DNA of 64,000 nucleotides from Octopus vulgaris (Eukaryota): NCBI GenBank assembly GCA_951406725.2, contig OX597834.1, positions 35,216,001 through 35,280,000 on the forward strand, read 5' to 3'. Below, piece by piece: positions 12,102 through 22,000 of the stretch (within the stretch, counting starts at the first letter, position 1; every line of letters begins with the position of its first letter). A model generated the notes under the pieces. That model made no database searches. It saw only the letters and a list, made by a program, of their open reading frames with translations, and had not been told where the DNA came from. The position numbers and the translations under genes are program-made.

Positions 12102-12290
12102 GTATGTAGCAGGTGAGTGCGAGACACCAGTCATCCAACATTAAGAAAGAGGTTGCACTGGGTCCATACGTCTTAATCCTGACAGTTTAATCTCCTTCCC
12201 TGGGTACAATCACAACTGACACGGTCAACTGACCAATGCAAAAACACTGGTCATAATGACTACAACTGGACACTGATGTACAGGAAGGTA
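12102..12290 (-). ncRNA. box H/ACA snoRNA copy A1 (SNORA81/HBI-61-like)
   Basis: Sense to RPL36A: long 5' hairpin CCTTCCTG...CAGGGAAGG, H box AGATTA, 3' hairpin CAGG...CCTG with loop CCTCTTTCTTAATG, ACA 3 nt from the end. Confidence 0.8.
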
Positions 12291-12492
12291 TTTCACATTA
12301 CACAAAAGCAGTTTTAGCAATTTTAAATAAACATATATAAAAGTGACAAAAATAATTGTACAAATTGATTTTACAGACCATCTCATAGTCTTTTAGCAAA
12401 AAACAAATACTGGCTTACGTTAGAGAGAGAGAGAGACCAGTGAAGTAAACTGCAAGAGATTTGAATACAATTTCCTATCCAACAGTTGAAAT

Positions 12493-12661
12493 TCATGTAT
12501 CAGGCAACAGTGAGACACCAGGCAACTTAGCGACTGCACTGGGTCAAGTCAATCCTGATTGTTAATGTCCCTCCCTTTGTTTAATCCCAACTGACAGTCA
12601 ATGGCCAGTGTGTGTATACATACACACTGAACACAATGACTACAGTCAGACATAGAAGGTA
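12493..12661 (-). ncRNA. diverged H/ACA paralog, subtype B1
   Basis: Alignable to the A copies; keeps H box ACATTA and terminal ACA but lacks the CTCTTTCTTAAT loop. Confidence 0.5.
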
Positions 12662-13007
12662 TATATAAATTATACACAAACACAAATCTAAACCGAGAAG
12701 ACACAGGCTTCCATGCCAATGGACAGAATGGAATTTGTTGAATAAAATTAGAGCAACAATGAAAACGTCAGCATCTCTATCTTAGCATGAATAAACTCAA
12801 TTTACTGAAACTATAGCTAAGTATGAGGTTATTTAAACACGAAAGTATAAATGTAAGGCTACAATACCAAACTGCGAGTATTACAACTTGCAGTCCTAAA
12901 TATGTTAAACACAAGTAAGTTTATCAGCTTCACTGAAGACATTACACCAAGTCCTATAAAGTGCTTCTACTTATAAAATAGTACACCAATATGACCAAAA
13001 TGAAAAG

Positions 13008-13196
13008 CTATGTAGCAGGTGAGTGCGAGACACCAGTCACTCAACATTAAGAAAGAGGTTGCACTGGGTCCATACGTCTTAATCCTGACAGTTTAATCTT
13101 CTTCCCTGGGTACAATCACAACTGACACGGTCAACTGACCAATGTGTACACACTGGTCATAATGACCACAGCTGGACACTGATGTACAGGAAGGTA
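13008..13196 (-). ncRNA. box H/ACA snoRNA copy A2
   Basis: 189 nt, near-identical to A1; H box AGATTA, ACA box. Confidence 0.8.
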
Positions 13197-13895
13197 TTAG
13201 CACATTAGCTAACTCACCATACACGTAGGACTCAGGTACTGAGAAAGAAACCCTTGGTTGAAATGGAAATTTTGCCTAAGTACAGAAGGGGTAACCTTTT
13301 GGCATTTAAGCCAACCAAAACTTTCTACTGGCCTCTCACACGTACCTTACATCATACTAAAGATAAACAATCAAAATCTCAAAGCGATGAGATAATGCAT
13401 GGCTAATTCAAAACAATACACAAACGTATTTCACAGAATAATCTGAATGCTGAAGGGTTGAATATGAAGTCAACCAAGTTTATTTCATTAACACCACAAA
13501 CTGAATAATCCCGCATTGGAAAGTGCTACATCAAGGGAACAATGGTTGTCTAATTAAGGAACTCAGCTCATAAACCTTTGGAATTCAAATGACCCTACCA
13601 AATTTACAATCACATTGTTTTGAATCATGCACCATCTCCTAGCTTCAGTATCTCTATGCAATATTACAGGGCAAGTATGAAAGGCAGGATCTGGTTAGTT
13701 TAAATGCCAAAAGGTCAAGCAAAATCATATTTATAAGGCATGTGAAATATGTTCTCTTATTCAACAGACATGATGTAAAAAACCCAATCTATTTCTCTAA
13801 CCACCAAAACTCCATGTCTCTTGCTGAAGAAAAACATGTAACAGATGACAACAAGCCACCAGTATCTACCAGAGCAATACAACCCAAATGAAGAG

Positions 13896-14084
13896 CTATG
13901 TAGCAGGTGAGTGCGAGACACCAGTCACTCAACATTAAGAAAGAGGTTGCACTGGGTCCATTCGTCTTAATCCTGACAGTTTAATCTCCTTCCCTGAGTA
14001 CAATCACAACTGACACGGTCAACTGACCAATGCAAAAACACTGGACATAATGACTACAGCTGGACACTGATGTACAGGAAGGTA
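13896..14084 (-). ncRNA. box H/ACA snoRNA copy A3
   Basis: 189 nt, near-identical to A1; its flank 13750-13895 duplicates 11960-12101. Confidence 0.8.
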
Positions 14085-14439
14085 TTTTCAAATATTAAAC
14101 TTTATTATTATTATTATTATTATTATACACTGACACACACACAAACCACCACATTGCTTTTTAATCAAACCAATGTAAAAAAAAACATTCAGGAACATAA
14201 TTAAAACAGACTTGATTCATGAAGTAAACTAGAAGAGATTTGAATACAATACTTCAGCCAACAACGGGAGACCAACCATTGTACCTAACGGCAGTTTTTG
14301 GTCTAGCCTAAACCACAAATCAAACGTTTCCATATCAATTACTCCAAATTACCCTGGCTAATTTAAAACCAAAATTAACACAAAGGCTGCATATTTGAAT
14401 AGAAATATAGCAACATAAAGGCTAATATCTCTCCTTTTA

Positions 14440-14657
14440 TACAATTACAATCACCATAGTCAATGACCAATATATATATATGCTGTAGAAACACTGCCAG
14501 ATCAGACTGGGCCTGGTGCAGCCTTCTGGCTTCCCAGACCCCAGTTGAACCGTCCAACCCATGCTAGCATGGAAAGCAGACGTTAAACCATGATGATAAT
14601 ATATATATACACACACACATTGGTCACAATTGCAGAAAGAAGCACACAAGAAAGTAT
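14440..14657 (-). pseudogene. decayed subtype-B snoRNA copy (B2) interrupted by a SINE fragment
   Basis: tgaccaatatatatata[SINE 3' end ~14483-14597]atatatatacacacacacattggtca: the 5'-hairpin apex is split by an insertion; the B-type flank GAAGTAAACT...TTTGAATACA is at 14221-14248. Confidence 0.5.
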
Positions 14658-16181
14658 ACAAACTATACATAATATTAACAAAGTATAAACCTAGTTTGAG
14701 GAGATAATTAGGTTTCCAGACCAAGCTTGGCATAAATATAGCATTTTAAACCTAAAACAAAGAGCTTATTGCTAAATGAAAAGAAACTAGGGCAGCAAGA
14801 GATTACTTATGCTTTTCCCTGCCACTAACCAACTCAGAAACTAATGGCTTATACACAAAACCATATTTTAACAAGGTTATCAACAGAAGTCCTACAACAC
14901 CAGAGATAACATGTGGCTTCACTAAGTAACTGCTTATCTTTGGTGTAAAAATTCTCCATTTTCCAAATGTTCCCTCTCCACATAATAATATATTTTCTGT
15001 AATTTTACAAACCAGGCATCGGTTTCACATTCAGACACCAGAATCCCAGAAGCAAATGAAAACTGCAACTGAACCCTGACAACGATAACAATCCCTCTTT
15101 CTAAGATGAAGTTTTAGAAAGAAAAGAAACTTAATGTGTAAAAGATTAGATTACCAAGGGAAAATCCCACCCCAGAATTACCTCAACTAGGAAACAAAGA
15201 AAAAGCAATGAAAGATGGGTGTGAGCAGAGAAACCAACCAGTCTAAATGATGTTTAGTCACGTTCCACAACAGTTGCCCCACCCAGCAAGGGCTCAATTC
15301 TCAGCCAACTTCACAGAGGAAATCAAATTCCTCGCAAAAAAAAAACCATCGATGCTGAATGAAACATTCTATTAAAAGAGATGTTGATGCGGGGAGAGGA
15401 GAGAGAAAAGGAAGAGCACAGATGAGCCTTTAGGTGACCCCCATTACTCTAGTATAAATAGGATACATTTTGAATGTCAGTATATGACATATGAAGCCCA
15501 ACAGATTTCTGGCAATATATGCCAAGTAAACCGAGAACATTACAATTTATGAGGCATGTATTGGGCAATACTGTGGTACGATTTAACCGTGTTACAGTAA
15601 TTGTTAACAGAAAAGATCAGCAGTTGGATTAGCTTTACTTTTGCTATTTCATGCTTGCATGGGTTAGATGAATGTGCTACTGGGGCACTGTTTTATAACG
15701 AAATTCCTTTCCTGCTGCAAGCTGCCACACATTCAAGTAAAGGAACTCATATCCCACATGGCTTTGAAGCAGATGATTTGTTCACAAGAGATATAAATGA
15801 ATTTATAAGAAAAAAGAAGATTGCATACACAGAAGCAAAATTGATTTTTTGTTTTCAATACCCTGACCCCAACAGCTACATGGTGTAGATTAGGTGAAAT
15901 GGAGGATGTTACATCAGGTAACAAGCGATGAGCTGCAGAACCCATGCTGAAGCCGATATCAGAGCTTAGTGTAACCCTGCGGCTTGCCAAACTGTCCAAC
16001 CCATGCAAGCATGGAAAATGGGTACTGTAAGTGATAATTATTGTATTGTGAACCCCATTTTTTAAATATATACCAAGCTTTAGGGACTGATATGTACTAC
16101 AATCACCTGCAGTTCCAAATATAGTAACAAATGCCTACTCATATTATATACCTACAACAGCAAGTCAACCCAAAAGGAAAG

Positions 16182-16328
16182 ACATGTAGCAGATGAGTGT
16201 GAGACACCTGCCATTCAACATTAAGAAAGAGGTCCATACGCCCAAATCCTAACAGTTTAATCTCCTTCTCTAGGTACAATCACAACTGACCAATGCATAC
16301 ACACTGGCCACTGATGTACAGGAAGGTA
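16182..16328 (-). pseudogene. internally deleted H/ACA copy A4
   Basis: Same ends and boxes as the A copies, with three deletions between short direct repeats (GGT, CAACTGAC, CTGG). Confidence 0.65.
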
Positions 16329-16480
16329 TATTCCCCATTAAATAAATTCCTCAGCCCAACCAGACCGTCTTTAAGCCAAATCAATGTAAAAATATTGACT
16401 TCTTACATTAACCAGAGATGTAGATTAGTGAAATAAACTAGAAGTGATTTGAATACAGTTTCCACATTCAACTGCTGAAA

Positions 16481-16653
16481 TAATGTAGCAGGCAACAATA
16501 AGATGCCAGTTAATGTAGTGACCGTACTGGGTCTGGTCAATCCTAAGTGTTAATGTCCCTCCATGATCACAACTGACACAATCAATGGCCAGTGTATATA
16601 CACATACACTGGACACACCAACTACAGCCAGACAAAGAATGCACAGGAAGGTA
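16481..16653 (-). ncRNA. diverged H/ACA paralog, subtype B3
   Basis: 5' CCTTCCTG, H box ACATTA, CCTGCT-ACA end; lacks the conserved loop; shares flank with B1. Confidence 0.5.
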
Positions 16654-17355
16654 TATAAACTATATGAGAGCAAATATTAATAAATCAAATCTTAATGAGG
16701 TTTTAAGTTTTCAATTCAATCCTGACACAAAAATTTGGCTAATCAAAAAAAGAGTTCATTGCTAAATGAAATCAGAGCAACATTTCTATGTTAACATCAA
16801 TAAACTTAATTTACTAAAATAAAAGTTAATTAAATAGGTGTGTATAAATTAAGTGAAGAGCTGCATTTAAGAAATTGCACAATGCCCATTGAATGCTCCT
16901 CAGGCTTTATATGCCATCAGACCAACACAACACAAGCTGGAAGACCTCAATGGTAATGGTAGTAAGACAGCAGTTAGTCGACAATGAGAAGGCATTGACC
17001 CTTTAGCATTCAGATTACTGTCAAACAAAGCTTATTTATTCAGTTTTAAATGATCTCATAGCTTTGAAATTTCAACAACATAATTACTTTTAGAATGATA
17101 TAGTAGTGTAGGTTTGAGAGGTCAGACCTGGCTTGTCTGAACAGAAAACAGAACAATTGGGTCAGATACGACCAAGTTAAATGGGAAAGGATTAAGTTTC
17201 CATACTAAAACCAAAACGAGTTGTTGCTAAATGAAATCAAAACAAAGAAAATTTCCTGAAACTATGACTCTACATATAAATATATTTAAGAGAAGAATTT
17301 CTTTGATGAGATTACACCAAATTTCGTGTTCTCACATCAATATGAACAAGCTGGA

Positions 17356-17541
17356 AGGTGTTTCAGGTGAGTGCGAGACACCAGTCATTCAACATTAAGA
17401 AAGAGGTTGCACTGGGTCCATACGTCTTAATCCTGAGTTTATTTCCTTCCCTGAGTACAATCACAACTGACACGGTCAACTGACCAATGCATACACACTG
17501 GACATAATGACTACAGCTGGACACTGATGTACAGGAAGGTA
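17356..17541 (-). ncRNA. box H/ACA snoRNA copy A5
   Basis: 186 nt; H box AAATAA (ANANNA), CCTG-AA-ACA end, conserved loop. Confidence 0.78.
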
Positions 17542-18251
17542 TTATTGCTATTACTGCATGATACAAAATATAAACAAGAAATGCAATCAGTCACTTAAAC
17601 AGAAACTAACCACACACAAGTGACATAAAAACACATTCTACCAATTGACTAACACCTTTCCTTATGGAACATTCAAAACAAACCTTATTAGTGAGAGAAA
17701 TAACACAACATTACCATCCGCAGTATCGTCAATAAAATAAGATCTACTTCCATTGTCAACACTGACCGATAATAACTAGTGAGGGTTGCTTACAATAAGG
17801 AACAATATGAAAACCATGGTACTATTATAGTATAGCTGATCAATGCCATCTCAGGACAGCAAGCGACTTTTTGATTAGCAAAATACAACACTGATGATGA
17901 CCACCACCATTGAAGACCAGACTGTAAAACTAACAAAACCACAACGTATTTCTTAGTAAGATGAAGGATATAGGGGTTAAAATAATTTTGTAATGCTACT
18001 GATAAGACTATGAAATCCCTCTACCCATCCTGCCTTACCTGAACAAACACACAATATTTCCCGATTGCAGTTTAACAAGATCACACAATGGACACCAGGG
18101 CTAGACATTCTCTGACCTGAGCTGGTCAGTTCTTAACTGGAACCGCATTACTGGTTCCATCATGATACTGCTCAAGGAACTGCAGTCACTACCCAAATGT
18201 TACATTTATTTTACAAAGATATTGAACACCAATCATCAAATAGAACAATCG

Positions 18252-18440
18252 AATTGTAGCAGGTGAATGCGAGACACCAGTCATTCAACATTAAGAAAGA
18301 GGTCGCACTGGGTCCATTCGTCTTAATCCTGACAGTTTAATTTCCTTCCCTGAGTACAATCACAACTGACACGGTCAACAGACCAATGCAAAAACACTGG
18401 TCATAATGACTACAGCTGGACACTGATGTACAGGAAGGTG
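18252..18440 (-). ncRNA. box H/ACA snoRNA copy A6
   Basis: 189 nt, starts ~65 nt after the GC donor; H box AAATTA, ACA box; flanks unrelated to the other copies. Confidence 0.8.
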
Positions 18441-18505
18441 TTGGTGCAAAAACAAAAAGTCTGTTCAAATGCACAAAAAGTAGGGAGTATAAAAACAGGA
18501 CTTGC

Positions 18506-18622
18506 CTTCTTTTTCTTGTCACCTCCAAGCTCAAAGTGCTTACACCGTTTAATTGGCAGTTGTTTTCTATATTTGCATTCTGTACACTCCATTCGAAGGA
18601 CAATTTTCTTGGTGGTTTTAGC
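18506..18622 (-). CDS. RPL36A: RPL36A exon 4 (GC donor)
   Basis: ctctag|[39 protein letters not shown]|gcaagt; 117 bp, phase 0. Confidence 0.95.
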
Positions 18623-18747
18623 CTAGAGAAACACGAAAAGTAAATTTTCACATCTCAAACACATAACACTGGAAAGGCAGCTAACATAATAATACTTGAG
18701 CCATTCAGAAAGAGGACACATTAAAAAAGGCAGACGAATATACGTAC

Positions 18748-18815
18748 CTTTTTGTGAAAGATAGGTTTGGTCTGACCACCATAACCTCTTTGTTTTCTGT
18801 CGTAACGTCTCTTAC
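18748..18815 (-). CDS. RPL36A: RPL36A exon 3
   Basis: ttgtag|(G)[22 protein letters not shown]|gtacgt; contains the GGQ motif. Confidence 0.97.
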
Positions 18816-19961
18816 CTACAAATAAATAAAACATTTTTAATTCCAATATATAAGACAAAACACAATTACAACCTAGGATCCGATTCTCAGGAAACAGAAT
18901 AATTCTAAAGAGTCCTTCCCTACAAGGATACAGCAGTTGTCTCCCTATTGCCAGAATTTCTCACCCAAATGATAGAAACCACAGGAGTTTCCCGTAATGG
19001 ATCCACCTCCCTAAATGAAGGAATGACTCGCTTCTTAATACTAAAACAGTTAACGAATGAAATGGAATAACAGACATGCAACAACTACGCTTTACAAACT
19101 CGGCATTAAGGTTTTCTAACTCTTATACAAATATCAAAATAATTTTGACAAAAGAAGGGACGCAACTACGTTAATTACAAATTATTGGATATACAAAAGG
19201 GGGCACGGTTTAGAAAGAGCAGAGAAAAGGCGAGACATTCAGGTCTTGCTTCTAAGATTATTTACTAGAAAAAAAAAAAAATTAATATATCAATGAGCTT
19301 TGGAAGGATAGTGAATTCATAAGACACATTGGCGACAAACAGGTGCTAGGTTCAAAGCAACATGTAGGTTGTCGAATGAAACCCCTTCCTCCTGCTTCGA
19401 TTTAACTACGTATTACCCCTTAACAAAATTGTTAAATACAGAATCCCTAAGACCGCTCTTATTAAGGACCCTTAACAGAATGAGCAGGGAACAGGATTCA
19501 TATCATCAATATAAACAAAAAGAGAACTATCCTACTTCGACCATTTTTACTTAACATTCCTCATGATTTCTGTATTTTATTTGTAAATTTAACCACGTGG
19601 ATGCATATAAGCACATACTGCAGCAGTTGGCTAATCATTTCAGCTGAGATAAACACGATCGTCAGTCGAAGTAAATCGATTATATAGACTATGAACATTA
19701 AATACAGTGGTGTTTTAGAATAACTCTCCCTTGAAATTACATAAAGGTTAGCCCTTGCCATTTTTTTTTAAAAAGTACTCATGAATTTCATACAACAAAG
19801 AATTGTGATTTTGAAACATAATTTCAAAATCACCCTCAAAAGCATTTTATGCCACTCCCTTCACCCATTCCAGTACCAGAAACACAGGCAACGAGCAATA
19901 GATACATCGAAACTGTCCAAAATACTGAGAGTTGCTAAAGGATCTCAGGAAGTTTCTCATA

Positions 19962-20216
19962 CCATGTGAATGGCAGCAAGCATCAAAACTGTTGTTCAAG
20001 CCAAACCAACAGCAACCTTTACACTTGCACCACAACTCATGCGAATATCTACCGCAAGTCCAGTTCTTGTGTCGCAGTGTGCCTTAATGCCAACCCTAAC
20101 CCTTGAGCAACACCAACACAATGCAAGCTCCTTGGAGGGCCTATGCCAGACAGGTCAAAGCCTGACTAATACGGTCATCCCCTTCCCAGAAGTAAAAATC
20201 AGTTTGCATAGGGCCA
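19962..20216 (-). ncRNA. candidate structured intronic RNA ending in ACA (H/ACA-like, unassigned)
   Basis: Minus-strand stems GGCCCTATGC/GCATAGGCC, ACTGCGA/TTGCGGT, GCAAGTGT/ATGCTTGC, GCTGTTG/CAACAGT, then ACA+3 nt; G-U pairs favour the minus strand; no perfect ANANNA found. Confidence 0.35.
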
Positions 20217-20229
20217 ACAACCCCACAAA

Positions 20230-20370
20230 GAGAATAGTAAAGTTACAGGAACATCAGTGACAATCCAAAACCAAGGGCTGGGAGAGGAAGACCTTCGGGG
20301 ACAGCTCAGAGCTGAGAACAGTGGAGAAAAGTCGCCGATGGCCCACAGTCCATAGGGAATGAAAGGCTTA
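20230..20370 (+). mobile_element. RTE-type LINE 3' end fragment in RPL36A intron 2
   Basis: GGGAGAGGAAGACCT (GRGRP) and TGGAGAAAAGTCGCCGATGGC (WRKVADG) near a tail-like end. Confidence 0.5.
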
Positions 20371-20487
20371 ATACCTACCCATGGCCATGTACTTATGATT
20401 ATAACACTACGTCACTTCTTCGTGGATCATTAGATGCATTGTGCAGAGATAACAGTAAAAATACAAATACAACTTTAGGGGCCTTAC

Positions 20488-20599
20488 CTTGGGCACATAG
20501 TGAGGCTTTACCAGCCTTGTACTGTGACACCTTGTGAAGAGTATGTTTCCTGCATTTTCTACCTTTGCAGTAGGTCCGCCGGGTTTTGGGGACGTTCAC
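20488..20599 (-). CDS. RPL36A: RPL36A exon 2
   Basis: tcacag|[38 protein letters not shown]|gtaagg. Confidence 0.97.
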
Positions 20600-21975
20600 C
20601 TGTGAGACAAAATATAATTATAAAATTTAGGGAACAAATCTTAACAGAAACTAGATAAGTTGAGTTTGATGTGATAGTGATGGATACATAACGAAAATTA
20701 AAGCCTTAAGCTTCCCTGGTAAATTACGGGTGACTTAATTCATTCAACCTCGAACAGCCAATAGTCTTTAAAACAAGGGACAGTTGACTGCTAAAAATAA
20801 CAGCCAGATATCCCTGCAATGATGTCATTCCTGATATACATAAAACATGGTCGTGGGTGGAATACCTTTAACCCAGAGTCGTAGGTCTCCTCTGCTCAAT
20901 AAGGACAAACCCGAGCCTAAACATCAACACTTGAATTCGAGTACATTATACCTCATTTGTTCCTCTTTCAATAAATTTTCACTTTTTTAAAAAACTGCCG
21001 ACTAAACAAACCATTGCTCGTTCGAATTTTAGATGAGTTATCCCGAAACTGCAGGAGACCTCTTGAATGTTGATTTTCAGGTAGTACTTAAATGCAGGTG
21101 TTACGTACAAAAGCATTCTAAATGTACGCTGTGCAGACGTGTAACGACACCTTAAACCCTAAAAACTAACCCTACCCTACACATCGTTACGTAGAAGCTT
21201 CGGGACCTCCGTGTTCAAGTAGTGGGGCTCCTCAATGGTCCTTAACAGCATTTCCATCCACTAACTTATTACTTTCAAAGTTTATGCTAGATCAATCAAA
21301 TGTATATGTGTGTGTATATTGAAGGACGGTTGTTATAATTGAGAAATGGAATCAATAGATGAAGTGGAGGGTCTTCACCAGAAACCAGATCTCCTGAAAC
21401 ATTACAAACTTTTAAATTTAAAAAAGTATATACCTACCTATACATATATATAATACTACCTATATATATATAATACTACCTATATATGTTTATATGCATA
21501 CAAAAGCTTGTTTAATGCTGATAAACTGTATAAATTCATGGTATTTTAGTATTGATAAATCCAACATATTCAGTAATTTTTATGTAGAAGGCTGACACCA
21601 TGTGATTATAGACATTAAAATATCATCACTAAAAGCTTATTATAAATAATAATAATACACAATAGATAAAACTGGCAAAACTAACGTAACATTAAAAGTA
21701 TATTCTCTAAATTATTTGAAAGATGAGGGGAAAATTTAGAAGAAAAACATATTTAAGCTCTGAACTTGCAACAACTGTACAAGTTTTTAGACTCCGACAT
21801 GGAGAAAAATTTTGCTTATAAAACCTTTTAGGCTCAGTTTTAAAATACGTAAGTTTCATAAAATGGAATAAAACAGACCTATATGTGTTAATAAAAAGGT
21901 TTATGGTGAATATATATTGTAAATGATGCAAGATGGTAAGGGATTAATCTGGAAAAATTAGAAACGTGTACTCAC

Positions 21976-21978
21976 CAT
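21976..21978 (-). CDS. RPL36A: RPL36A exon 1 (initiator ATG only)
   Basis: minus strand cctcttccgctaagcattgagaATG|gtgagt; ATG-only first coding exon typical of RP genes; spliced total 106 aa. Confidence 0.9.
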
Positions 21979-21992
21979 TCTCAATGCTTAGC

Positions 21993-22000
21993 GGAAGAGG
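21993..22000 (-). promoter_or_regulatory. 5' TOP / TCT-type initiator of RPL36A
   Basis: CCTCTTCC on the minus strand 15-22 nt upstream of the ATG, the typical polypyrimidine start of RP mRNAs. Confidence 0.75.

Noticed and set aside
12110-12185. 18S rRNA 'UGAGU..CUUUAAAUCC' region as target of the snoRNA 3' pocket
   Set aside because: Only one pocket strand pairs with the typical metazoan sequence; it cannot be supported without this species' rRNA.
12102-18440. CRISPR-like array, or duplicated plus-strand exons (each unit contains plus-strand CAG|GTGAGT)
   Set aside because: Eukaryotic intron, ~190-nt units with irregular long spacers and no cas genes. No consistent plus-strand ORF or acceptor. 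H/ACA boxes and folding fit the minus (host) strand.
20091-20102. CAACCCTAACCC as a telomerase RNA template
   Set aside because: The template-like sequence is on the plus strand while the hairpins and ACA end are on the minus strand. No U-rich pseudoknot or P6.1 stem found, and similar motifs are scattered through the window.
20399-20487. ORF-track extension of RPL36A exon 2 (KAPKVVFVF...)
   Set aside because: Read-through into intron 2 past the GTAAGG donor at 20487.
21570-21629. C/D snoRNA candidate (GTGATGA...CTGA) in RPL36A intron 1
   Set aside because: Only ~60 nt, no terminal stem, and the AT-rich sequence before the D box has no recognisable rRNA complementarity.
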